Shown: positions 37,545 through 49,260 of the stretch, one piece after another
Numbering within the stretch: position 1 is the stretch's first letter
Layout: every line of letters begins with the position of its first letter
NCBI GenBank assembly: GCA_965287045.1
Contig: OZ336870.1
Span: 15,190,001 to 15,254,000 of the forward strand
DNA from: Carcharhinus amblyrhynchos
Taxonomy: Eukaryota
Length of the DNA: 64,000 nucleotides
Direction of reading: 5' to 3'
The notes under the pieces: model-generated
Database searches by the model: none
What the model was told of the DNA's origin: nothing
Seen by the model: only the letters and a program-made list of their open reading frames with translations
Made by a program: the position numbers and the translations under genes

Positions 37545-39030
37545 AGAAAAACATAGGAGCAGGATTAGGCCATTTGCCCCTTTGCGCCTGCTCTGCCTTT
37601 CAGAAAGATTATAATTGATCTGGTCATGGTCTGAATTCTGCTTTACCATTTGCCCCTTGATTCCCTTGTCTATCAAGCACCTATGGTACTCTGACTTGAA
37701 TAAGTTCAGTGAACAGTGTTCACTGTTTTCTGGAGAAGAGAATTCCAGATACGAACAATCCTCGTCTCCGGAAATCTCCTAATTAGGCCTTAAATGGTAG
37801 ACTTCATATTCTTAAACTGTGTTCCATAGTTCTGGTCACTCCCAGAAGTGAAATTACCCTCCTGGTATCTATTAGGTTACCTCAGGGTATTTTATGTTTC
37901 AAAAAGATGGTTTTTGGTGCCTCTGAACCCCAATGGTTATTGGTCCTTTTCATCTTTCTTCACAAGATGAGTCTGTCATGACAGGAATGACTCTAGTGAA
38001 TCTTTGCTGAATCGCTTGTAATGCAGCTATAGCCAATTAGGAGACCAAAACTGAACACAGTATTCCAGATGAGGTCTCAAAGCTCTGTTCAGCTGCAGTA
38101 AAAACTCTCCACTTTTATATTCCATTATCTTCGCAATAAATTGCCAAAATTCAATTCCAGTCAGTTCCTGTACTGCGCACTAACTTGTGATTTGTGTAGC
38201 TGGACACTCAGATCCCTCTGTATCATCAGGTTCTGCAATCTATCTTCACTTAATACGCTGCTTTTCTATTCTTCCAGTCAAAGTGGACAAATTCACGTTC
38301 TCCCTCATTCTCTACCAATTTTTTGCCCACTCAATTAACCTGCCTATACTCCTTTGCAGGCACTCTACCTGCTCTTGACAACTTACTTTCCTAACTGTCT
38401 TGGTGCCATCAGTAAATTTAGATGCCATACATTTGATTCCTTCATCCAAATAATTTCTGTAACCTGTAAGTAGTTGAGGTCCAGCATGGCACTTCTCTAA
38501 CTGCAGCTTGTTGACCCATTTATCTTATTCTCTACATCCTGTGACATAACCAATCCTTCATCTGTGCTAATATGCTATTCTCGACACCACGTACTCTTAC
38601 CTTGTGTCATAACCCTTGATGTAATTTATTCAGTGCCTTCTAGTAATCTGAATACACATCTACATGTTTCCCATTATCTACCTTGCTTATTACTTCCTCA
38701 GAAACCTCCAGTAAAGTAGTTAAGCAAGATTGCCTTTCACAAACCCATGTTAACACTCTGATCATTTTATGATTTTCTAAATATCTTTCTGTAACCTCCA
38801 TAATAATGCATTGCTGTATTTTCTCTATGGCAGATGTTAGATGAACTGGCTTCTTTTTGTTTGTCCCCTTTCTTGAATCAGATAATGCAACAACATTAAC
38901 TATTTTCTAATCCATTGGGACTCTTCCAGAATCTATGGAATTTTGGGAGCTTACAACCAATAAATCTACTGTCTTTGCAGCCGCTTATTTTGAGACTTTA
39001 AGATGGAGGCAATCTGGCCTGGGGACATGG
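37545..39030 (-). mobile_element. Old, highly decayed CR1 LINE
   Basis: Tail at 37545-37630 and reverse-strand RT remnants (accaaaactgaacacagtattccagatgaggtc; gtgccatcagtaaattt). Confidence 0.7.
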
Positions 39031-39799
39031 CAGCCTTCAGGTCTAATTTCTGTGATTCTGTCAACTCACTTAAAAGGTGCCTGAATATGCCTGTCAAGCA
39101 TTGCAACCTGCAGGGCTTGGAACAAGGTGCTGGAACTTGGAATCAGGCCTAGTGGCTCATTTTCAACCAGTAAAGATGTGGTGGCCAAGTGCCTTTTTCT
39201 GTTCTGTAAACTTTTCATGATTTTGATAATTTTCTCAGCACCTTTTCCCGAGTGATGGTGATTATTTTAAGTTCCTCCCTTCTGTTCACCTTCTGACTTT
39301 TAAGTAACTTTGGGAAGTTTTCTAAATCTTTTATAATGAAGACAGACACAAAATACACATTCAATGTCCATGCCATGACATTGTTTTGCATTTTCATGTC
39401 TTCCTTGTCCGTCTATCTTTTTTAGTCATTCTTTGCTGGTTCTTAAAATTTGAACTATCTATTGACCTACTACTAATCTTTGCAGATCTGTACAGTGTTT
39501 CATTCAACTTAGCACCATCCTTAACTTTCTTCGAATCGTTCTGGTGGAACTTGCAGCCCTTAAGTGCCAATGCAGTATGCTCTGCCTTTTTATTATGAAA
39601 AGAACATCATATTTCACCATGTGTGTGTTTGTGCATGTATATGCTTGGTTATTAATGCAATGTTGTTAACTTCTATTTGTACAGCTCTTTCTCGTAAATC
39701 TTCATGAGGGGGAGGATATAATTTGCTCAACAAAATGTTTTTAGATGAGGAGAACCTTGTTAAAATCTCCTTCGCTTACGATTATTGTTAAGTCAGCCT

Positions 39800-40000
39800 C
39801 CCCCTGTTCTCCCTGTATCTGCATGGATTTCTGCCGGGTGCTTTGATTCCCTCCCATAGTCTGAAAGACATGCTGGTTAGGTGCATGGGCCATGCTAAAT
39901 TCTCCCTCAGTGTACCCAAACAAGTGCCAGAGTGTGACGTCCGGGGGATTTTCCTGTAACTTCATTGCCTACAGGTGACACTAATAAATAAACTTTAAAC
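39800..40000 (+). mobile_element. 5'-truncated V-SINE with alternative tail
   Basis: V-core followed by ggggattttcctgtaacttcattg...gtgacactaataaataaacttt. Confidence 0.75.
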
Positions 40001-40843
40001 AAACCAAAGTATCCTTTTTGACAGGCCCACCTATATTCCTAAAAAAAATCTGAATTCATTAAGGATATTGCTTTAAACTTAAACCCCCCCACCCCCTTTC
40101 AAATCAAGGAGTTGTAACTGCATGTAGCAGGGGTACCCTGTGTGACTACATAGTACCTTCACAGTAGTTGTCTGTCTTTGTCTGTCCGTCACACCTCCTT
40201 CCACACACTTCCACAATTTCTAAATGTGGATTCAAGTATTTTTCAGTAAATTAGATAATGCTTGAATACAACATTTCGTGGCTTTAATCCCAGTGCAAGT
40301 ATCAATACCTAACCTTCTCATCATTTTAAATTTCTTAGGACCAAAAGTAAATAGATCATTTGCAAGATGATAGTAATTGTTCATGTCGTGGTACTTTTAT
40401 AATTCCACCCATTTGAAGCAACTGAGAAACATTTGCATTGCGCCACAGATGATAAGTGCAATAATTTCCCAGCTCATCACTTGAGTGACTTTGCCATTTT
40501 GTGCCATAATTTGTACACATTGATTCTGTGATTCCTAGAATCCCTACAGTGCAGAAGTGAATTTTTGTAACTTGTGTAATTTTTTGTGGAGGTAAAAAAA
40601 AGATTTGGACCATTTTGTCTCTGGCTAATCATTTTCTGAGCTCTGTCTTTGGTCATCCTGTACTTCACTGCATGATCTGTTTGGACAACTTTTTTCTGAT
40701 TACCTTCTATCTTCACTGTCTAGACCTGTCCTATTATATATGAATAATGTGTATATATATATATATATTTTTTTTTGCATGGAATCACAGATGAAGTTGA
40801 AAACAGAATGTGCTTATGATGTATGTCTTTCCTGTCATTGTAG

Positions 40844-41065
40844 CTGAAACCTGTTCTGGTTATCGAACTTGCAGTCAGTGCTTGGAGCAGCCAGGGTGTG
40901 GGTGGTGTACCGATCCCAGCAATACCGGAAAGGGGCAGTGTATAGAAGGATCTTCTCGAGGGCCAGTGAAAATCTCCACAGTAAATGCCCCCTATTTACC
41001 CATTCTGAATGTCAGTATGTGCCCAGCAGAAACAAAATACAACTGGTCCTTTATCCAGTGCCCAG
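40844..41065 (+). CDS. ATRN: Attractin exon I (PSI)
   Basis: ttgtag|CT GAA ACC ... TGC CCA G|gttagt; (P)ETCSGYRTCSQCLEQPGCGWCTDPSNTGKGQCIEGS...YNWSFIQCP; 222 nt. Confidence 0.96.
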
Positions 41066-41218
41066 GTTAGTAAAAGACCTATCGCAGCCAAACAGAAACT
41101 ATCTATTCTCGTATATTTAGTCAAAGTGCAATGTTTGGAGAAAATTGTGTATTACTTGCTACTTCTCACTTTATATCTCACACTGAATGAAAACATGTTT
41201 GTTTTTGGTTTCTCTTAG

Positions 41219-41356
41219 CTTGCCAGTGTAATGGCCATAGCAAATGTGTTAATGAAAGCATCTGTGAGAAATGTGAAGATCTAACAACTGGAAACCACTG
41301 TGGAACTTGCATCTCCAGCTACTATGGAGATCCTAAAAATGGAGGGAGTTGCCAAT
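41219..41356 (+). CDS. ATRN: Attractin exon J (laminin-type EGF)
   Basis: tcttag|CT TGC CAG ... TGC CAA T|gtaagt; (A)CQCNGHSKCVNESICEKCEDLTTGNHCGTCISSYYGDPKNGGSCQ; 138 nt. Confidence 0.96.
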
Positions 41357-41419
41357 GTAAGTGTCAATTTATTGATAAGCTTCTAGTTTCGCACAATTTC
41401 CTCCCTCCCAAAATCTTGA

Positions 41420-41570
41420 CAGTTATGTGGGTAAGATGGGTATAGAGGTATATGGGCCAAACATGGGCAATTGGAATTAGCTTAGTGGTTTCAAATTTAA
41501 AGGGCAGCATGGACAAATTGGGCCTGTTTCCATATTGTAAGACTCTGACTCTATAACTCTATGACACTAT
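41420..41570 (+). mobile_element. Short CR1 3' UTR fragment
   Basis: Matches the tails at 9930-10070 and 58970-59115; ends in decayed (ACTCTATG)n. Confidence 0.72.
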
Positions 41571-41769
41571 GGTCAAGAATCTCCTCTTTGCTTCAAAGGA
41601 GTGTCGATGAGATGAAGTGTAGCAGCTTTAATCCAAACAACAGTTTGAAATGGCCCACATTTCTCTATGCATTTGCTGTCTAATTAAACAGATGTGGGAA
41701 ATAGAACTACCAAGCTGGTACACTCGTGGGTCCTTTTCCAAAGTTGGGGGTGAGGCTTATCTCAAAGTC

Positions 41770-42690
41770 AATCTATTTTCACCTCCATCACGTTGCTCAA
41801 CTTCGCCCCTGCCTCAGCTCAGCTACTCTTCAAACCTTCACCTGTGCTTTTATTAGCTCCAGCCTCAACAATTCCAACGCAGTCCTGGCTTGTTTCCAAC
41901 ATTCTGCTCCCCATATACTTTATTTATTGTCACAAGTAGGCTCTCATTAACACCGCAGTGAAGTTACTGTGAAAACCCCCTAGTCGCCACATCTAACGCC
42001 TGTTCGGATACACTGAGGGTGAATTTATCATGGCCAGTGCACCTAACCAGCATGTCTTTCGAATTGAGAGGAAACTGGTGCACCCGGAGTAAACCCACGC
42101 AGACATGAGGAGAACGTGCAAACTCCATACAAACTGTGATCCAAGCCGGGAATCAAACCTGGGTCCTAGCGCTGTGAGGCATCAGTGTTAACCACTGTGC
42201 CACCGTGCCGCCCCATATACTTGAGGTTATCTAAAACTCTGCTGCTTGTAGCTTCACTCACAACAAGTCCCATTCTCCTACCATCACTGTGCTTGTTGAC
42301 CTACCTTGGTTCTTTGTGTAACACCTTGTCTTGATTTTAAAATATTCATCCTTGTTTTCGAATCTCTCAATGGCATCGCAACTCTATCTCTGTAATCGTC
42401 TCTAGCCCCACAACCCCTGAGGTATTTGCACTTCTCTAATTCTAGCTTCATCAGCATTTCAGAATTTAATTAGTCCACTATTGGCGGCTGTGCCTTCACT
42501 TGCGTTGGTGCTAAGCTGTGCAATTCACTCTCTATACTCTCTGTCTCTACCTTTCTTGCCTTATTTCAGACACTTCTTTAAACTTACCTTGTTGAGCAAG
42601 CTTTTGGTCATCTGGTCTAATAGCTCCTTCTGTGGTTTGGTGTCGTACTCTTGCGAAGAACCTTGGGATGTTTCATTACATTAAGGGTGC
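41770..42690 (+). mobile_element. L2-like LINE 3' fragment hosting a SINE
   Basis: IYFHLHHVAQLRPCLSSATLQTFTCAFISSSLNNSNAVLA resembles L2-clade RT C-terminus; continues after the SINE; related pieces at 44530-44870 and 54300-54570. Confidence 0.7.
41921..42212 (-). mobile_element. Full-length V-SINE with alternative tail and target-site duplication
   Basis: Flanked by ccccatatactt at 41909-41920 and 42211-42222. Confidence 0.88.
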
Positions 42691-42838
42691 TAAATTATTG
42701 TACCTAGGGGCAGATAGCATGGTAATAAACAAGCCCATGTAAATTCGCCTGTTCTCCATGTACAGTGAGCAAAGATAAATGCTTGTTTTTGTAATTTTTC
42801 ACTTGCATTTTTTTGATTCTGTTTACTACTTCCTTAAG

Positions 42839-42932
42839 CCTGCAAGTGCAATGGACACGCAACCATCTGCAATACCGAGACAGGAAAATGTTTCTGTACA
42901 ACAAAAGGAATCAAAGGCGACAAATGTCAGCT
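42839..42932 (+). CDS. ATRN: Attractin exon K (laminin-type EGF)
   Basis: ccttaag|CC TGC AAG ... CAG CT|gtaagt; (S)CKCNGHATICNTETGKCFCTTKGIKGDKCQ(L); 94 nt. Confidence 0.95.
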
Positions 42933-43474
42933 GTAAGTTACATCCAGCGCATTTTATGTGCACACTGCTTTTGGTGGAGCTTTATAACTGCTATAAAATT
43001 TCCATATATTTCAGTTCCACTTTGTGACCATGACATTTCCAATTAATGAGCAAGCTAACGTAATCAAATGGAGTGTTTGGAGAGTAATTTAAAAAGAACC
43101 CCTCATAAACCACAGGCATCTGTTGTTGTGAGATACACAAAGTGCAGAAGGATATTACTCAATTCATTTCTTGCCACAATTTAAGATTCTTTATGACTTT
43201 ATTCAGTTTTCACATCAAATATTGTTTTTGACATCTATTACACGCTATTTCATATTAATGACTTACTCTGATATCAAGCATTGAACCCTGAGTTTATATT
43301 GATGCAATCAATGAAGTTACTAAGTTTTGAACAAAAAGAATTCTATTCTGTGCAATGCCGAGCTAGTTAAATCCTTGATGCTGAACATTGATTATATTGC
43401 GGAATATACACAGTGGAGGCAGAAAATCCTATCAAAATTCTTGACTATCATTAATACTATTGCATGGTAGTAAT

Positions 43475-44533
43475 CTATGTCAGACTCCTATTTATTGACT
43501 ACAGTTCAGCCTTCAACACCGTTACTCCTCCGAAACTTCCTAACTCACAGACCACAATCAGTAAAGATAAGCAACAACACCTCCCACACAATCATCCTCA
43601 ACACCAGTGCTCCACAAGGCTGTGATATCAGTCCCCTGTTATACTCCTTATACGCCTTATATGATTGTGTGGTCCAGTACTCCTCCAATTTGATTTTCAC
43701 ATTTGCTGATGACACCACCGTAGTGGATCAGATCTCAAACAGAGTACAGAAATGAGCTAGAGAATCTGGTGACCTAGTGCGGCAACAATAACCTCTCCCC
43801 CAGTGTCAGTAAAATGAAGGAGATTGTCATCGACTTCAGGAAGCTAAAAGGAGAACAAGCCCCTGTCTACGAGGGCTTGTTCAACGGGGATGAAGAAGAG
43901 AGTTGAAAGCTTAAAGTTTTTGGGTGTCCAGATCACCAGCAACCTGTCCTGGTTCCCTCATGCTGACACTACAGTTAAGAAAGCACCTCAACGCCTCTAC
44001 TTTCTCAGAAGCCTAAGGAAATTTTTCATGTCAGCTACGGCTCTCACCAACGTTTACAGATGCACCATAGAAGGTATTCTTTCTGGTTGTATCACAGCTT
44101 GGTATGGCTCCTGCTCTGCCCATGACTGCAAAATTACAAAAGGTTGCAAATATAGCCCAATCCATCACGCAAACCAGCCTCCCATCCATTGACTCTGTCT
44201 ACACTTCCTGCTGCCTCGGAAAGTAGCCAGCAAATTAAGGATCACACGCACCTGGACATTCCCTCTTCCACCTTCTTCTGTTGGGAAAAAGATACAAAAA
44301 TCTGAGGTCACATACCAACCGACTCAAGAACACTTCTTCCCTGCTGCTGTCAGACTTTTGATTGGACTTTCCTTGCATTAAGTTGATCTTTCTCAACACC
44401 CGAGCTATGACTGTAACACTACATTCTGCATTCTCTTGTTTCCTTCGCTATGAACAGTATGCTTTGTATAGTGTGCAGAAAACAATACTTTTCACTGTAT
44501 GTTAATACATGTGACACAATAAATCAAATCAAA
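43475..44533 (+). mobile_element. Rex1/Babar fragment with 3' tail
   Basis: APQGCDISPLLYSLY...FTFADDTTVV; VESLKFLGVQITSNLSW...KKAPQRLYFLRSLRK; ends aataaatcaaatcaaa. Confidence 0.87.
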
Positions 44534-45904
44534 TTTCCTTCTCCGCAACATCAACTTTGCCTCGGCTTATCTGTTGCTGAAACCTGTGTAACCTCTCGAT
44601 GTGATTATTCCGACCTACTCTTGACTGGCTTCGTGCATTCAATGAACTTGAAGTCATTCAAAGCTCTGCCTATTCCAAAATAGCATCCTCTCTGTTGCTT
44701 GCTGATTTACGTTGGGTCCCAGTCAAACAATGCCTTAATCGTTAAACTGACCATCTTGTTTTCAAATCCCGCCATGAGCATTCTTGATTTAACTCACTCC
44801 CCGGTTTTTCTCCCTCAAGCCGATCCTTAAACCTGCCTCCACTTTGTTCATCTGGTGCAATATTACCTTTGTAATATTTTGTTTCATTATACTTAGTTTG
44901 TTACCCACAAATTACCATCTTTTTCGTGTTAGAGGTAAGCCATCAGCTTGTTCGTCCACTTAAGCTAGTAACTTGAACTAACTGGTCCAGAAAAATCTGG
45001 CAAGATATCAAGATGCCAATTATGGCATCCTGATATCTTCCTTCATTTCTAATTATTTTGTTCATGGATGCAAGTGTCACTAATAAGGCCAGCATTTCAT
45101 TTATTGCCTATTCCTGGAGTGAACTAATATAGCAGAGACTGAAAATTAATCTAACGGAGCCTTTATGGACAAAGTGGCTCAACACTTTCACCAATATGAT
45201 GCAGCACCTCCTTGTGGAAGATGTTCTTGTTTGTGACTTTGTGCTAGAAGTTGCACGTTCTCTTGCCTTCTCGCTCCACATGTGAAGGATGCTGACTTGG
45301 TGAAGGCTCTCCCTCCGGGGATACTCTGCTGCTACACCATTGAACCTTCAGAATAGGAATTTGGGAATCAGAATTAAAAACGTTAAACGTCTTCAGAAAT
45401 TTTAAAAAAATCTATTCAGGGCCCACAGGGATCATTTCTGTCTGCAATATTGTAGGACAACTTGATTTGAAACGATGGTGATTGTGATCTTGAACCTACG
45501 TGAGAGCTAAAGTGAAATCTTCAGACCTTGTGCAAACACAATGGCTGGGTGAAGTGTTTTATTCCGAACTCCTGTTTAAGTAATTCTGTATCACAAAGGG
45601 GCTTTTTATAGAAAGCTATTATTTGAAACCTGCAAGTGACCATTTTTAGCTTTCAGTGTGAAGAATGGGTACTTTTATTGGTGTTGAATGTAGTGCATGC
45701 AAGATCAGAACTCACTGCATAAAATATATCTCATCTTCCCTCGGGTGCTTTTTCTAATTATCTTCCATCTGTGTCTACTGGTTAACTCTCCCACCATTGG
45801 AAACAGTATATTTTTGGGTGCGGGACATCATGTTGGACTATTGGAGGAACAGTTTGCCCAGTATCTTGGCAACGTTGATGCTTGCACCATGACGGAAGCC
45901 TGAA

Positions 45905-46212
45905 AAGTCATGTCCATGACTATCTTCCTCCAACTTGCTGAATTTGTTTTCTCACTGAACAATTTCCCTTTAACTTGTCTCACTTCCTCCAGAATAAAGG
46001 CATGAACCTGAGTTATACCTGTCTTTTTGTGGGGTATGTGCAATATTCCTTGTTCCAGTCCTACTTAGGCCCTCTCTCACAACTCTCTCTGTTCATCAAC
46101 AACTATATATGCTGCTTCCTGTTCTTGTCCTGAACTGGAAAAAGTCATCAATTTTGCTTCCAGTTTCTACCCTTGTCACCTTCAAATGGTCCATCTCCAA
46201 CACTTCCCTCCC
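45905..46212 (+). mobile_element. Penelope-like element reverse transcriptase remnant
   Basis: Across frameshifts reads IFLQLAEFVFSLNNF..SHFLQ..PSYTCLFVGYV..SLFQSY..PELEKVINFAS..FKWSISNTSLP, typical of PLE RT; not in ORF track as such. Confidence 0.65.
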
Positions 46213-46214
46213 TT

Positions 46215-46470
46215 GAAAGGAGGTAGAGAGAAATCAGAATTATAAACTAGTAAGTCTGGTGTCAGTGGTGGGGAAAACTGTAGAATCCATTATCAAAGAT
46301 TTTATAGCAAAACACTTGGAAAACAGTGGCAGGATTGGATAGAGTCAGCATTGATTTATGGGTGGGAAGTCATTCTTGATGGATTTACTGGAATTCTTTT
46401 GAGGATGTAACTAGTAGAGTTGATTAGGGGGAGCTAGTGGATGTAGTTTTTGGACTTTCAGAAGGTTTTT
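46215..46470 (+). mobile_element. CR1 RT internal fragment
   Basis: NYKLVSLVSVVGK, SQH, DFQKV remnants. Confidence 0.7.
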
Positions 46471-46859
46471 TCTGATTGTCTCTATCTCCATAGATGCTGA
46501 CAACACTTTTGAGCTTTTCTAGCACTTTGTTTTTGTTTCAGCGCTTTGAAGCTTTGTCATTGAGATCATGGCTGATCTTTTAGTTTGACTCAATACACCT
46601 CCTTTCAAGACAATTTATTATTTCTAAGGTGTTAGAAGTTTACGGCGTTGTCTCAATGTGATCTCAGCAGGGTTTTTGACAGACAAAACAAAAGTTATCT
46701 ACTTTATATTCTAGGCATCTAGTTATAGGAACTTTTTAGCCTTTGTGTTTCAAAACTAAAATGTTTTCAGGCATAAACTTTAAATAATTCCAATGTCAAA
46801 CCAAATAAATGGGAGAGTTCATGATTGCTTTAATCAATCTGTATTAAATTTGCTTCTAG

Positions 46860-46912
46860 GTGTGATATTGAAACACGATACCAAGGCAACCCACTGAAAG
46901 GAACCTGTTACT
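46860..46912 (+). CDS. ATRN: Attractin exon L
   Basis: ttctag|G TGT GAT ... TAC T|gtaagt; CDIETRYQGNPLKGTCY; 53 nt. Confidence 0.94.
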
Positions 46913-47544
46913 GTAAGTGTATATACGTATTGGTTAAGTGGAAGAAAAATAAACATGAATTAAATTGATTAACATGACAAACCCTTTGAGGAAGAAATTG
47001 TGCACAGCTTAGCATTTTCGATGTACTATCGATAGTGAAATTCTAAAACTTTTATTGGTTTCTGAGCCAAGACCGTGATCAATATCATGATTTAGGAAAT
47101 TGATGAGGCCCAGGGTTGCAAGTTGTTTTAAGAGCACTATTAAGGCCTCAACATAACTGGTAAGTTTATCCTTTTTGTTCACAGACAATTCTTTATAAAT
47201 GAATTATAACATTCTATTGCCTGTCAGCAGCTCGGGCATCTCCCTCAATTTGGTCAGCAAAAGTTAGAGTCAGTGCATTTTTGGAGGGAGAATAAGAGAA
47301 TCCTATACACACAATGCTAAAGCTGTGAGTGAGTAGTGGAAGAGTGTCTTCGGAGTTTGGATAGACATCTATAAAATTGGGTAATAAAACAGTAATATCT
47401 TTTCTTTAATTAGCAAATATAGAGTCCTAGGTTTCATAACTAGTAGGATAGAATGTAATAGCAAAGAAGTAACACTAAACTGAAAGAACATTTTGCATCA
47501 ATTTGACTGCGAGGGCCAGCTACTTTACAGAAGAAACTAAACAA

Positions 47545-48725
47545 AAAACAAAGAAAATTACAGCACAGGAATAGGCCCTTTGGCCCTTCAAGCCTGCACC
47601 AACCTTGCTGTTCATCTGAATTAAAACCCCCTACCCTTTCGGGGACTGTATCTCTCTATTCCCATCATATTCATGTATTTGTCAAGACGCCCCTTAAAAG
47701 TCACTATCGTATCTGCTTCCACTACCTCCCCTGACAGCGAGTTTCAGGCACCCACCACCCTCTGTGTAAAAAAACAACTTGGCTCGTACATCTCCTTTAA
47801 ACCTTGCCCCTTGCACCTTAAACCACCCTAGTAATTGACTCTTCCACCCTGGGAAAAGGCTTCTGACTATCCACTCTGTCCATGCCCTTCATAATCTTGT
47901 AGACTTTTATCAGGCTGCCCCTCAATCTCCATTGTTCCAGTGAGAACAAACCAAGTTTCTCCAACTTCTTTTCATAGCTAAGGCCCTCCATATCAAGCAA
48001 CAATAGGTAGAATAGACCACATGGTCTCTCTGTCTCAAGCCCGCTCACTGTTCAGTAAGATCATGACTGTTTTGGTCTTTGCCTTAACTCCACTTTTCCC
48101 ATAACCCTTGGCTTTCATATAGCTCAAAATCTGTTGATTTCAGCATTGAATGTATCCAATGACTCGGCCCCCATACTACTGAGATAGAAAATTCCAAAGT
48201 TCCTCAACCCTCTGAGAGAAACTCCGTTTTAAATGGCTAAGCCCTTATTCTAAATGATGCCCCTTAGCTCTAGATTCCCTTATTAGAGAAAATATTCATT
48301 AGGCATCACCCTTGGTGCATCCCCTGAGAATCTTTTATATTTCAGTGAGATCATTTAGCATGCTTCTAAACTCCAATGAGTATAGACTCAACATGCTCGG
48401 TATTCTAATGCCCGGTACAGTTATAATAAGATTTCTCTACATTTATACTCCATTTGCCTTGAAATAAAGTCTCACACTTTCCCCGACATTGTACTCCACC
48501 TGCCAAATTTTTGTGCACCCATTTGACCTATCTGGATCCCTTTGCAGACTTTTTCTGTCCTTGTCGCAACTTGCTTTCCCACCTCTTTTCATATCATAAG
48601 GAAATTTGGCTGTGTTACCCTCAGTATGTTCAACCAAGAAAATATAGATCGTAAATAGTTGAGCCACCAATACTGATTCCCGTGGTAGCCCACTAGTAAC
48701 AGTTTGCCAACCTGAAAATGATCCT
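47545..48725 (-). mobile_element. Two adjacent CR1 3' fragments (about 47545-48000 and 48005-48725)
   Basis: GLSYEKKLEKLGLFSLEQWRLRGSLIKVYKIMKG; KSLQRD...KIWQVEYNVG; two tails. Confidence 0.8.
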
Positions 48726-49260
48726 TTTGTTTGCTTTGTTCTTTCATGGGATGTGTTGCCTATCCCTAATTACCCTTGAACTGAGGGGCTTGCTAGGCCA
48801 CTTCAAAAAGCAGTTAAGAGCCATCCTCATTTTTCTGGGTCTGGAGTCACATGTTGGCCAGGTAATTACAGCAGATTTCCTTCCTAGAGGGCATTAGTGA
48901 ACTAGATCAATGATGATTGATGATGGTTTAATTGTCATTGTTCCTGAGACTGGCTTTTTATTCAGTGTTTATTATTTGAACTTAAATTCCTCTGGAGCAG
49001 GTGGTGGCAAAGTGGTACTGTTAGTGGACTAGTAATCAAGGCCTCAGGTCTTGAGGACCCAGGTTCAAATCTCACCTTAACACTTGTTGAAATCTGAATT
49101 TATTAAAAATCTGCAATTAAAAGTGAACAACCCATTTCGTCCACAGATGTCCTTTAGATGAGCTAACCTTCCATTCTTGCCTGGTCTGGCCTACATGAAA
49201 TTCTGGACTCACTACAACGTAGTTGACTCTTAAATGCCCTCTGAAATGGCTGACTCCAGG
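48725..49260. mobile_element. Head-to-head pair of second-family SINEs
   Basis: Minus copy 48725-48990 (ggtctggagtcacatgttggccag) and plus copy 49005-49260 (ccaggttcaaatc...cctggtctggcctacatg). Confidence 0.65.
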
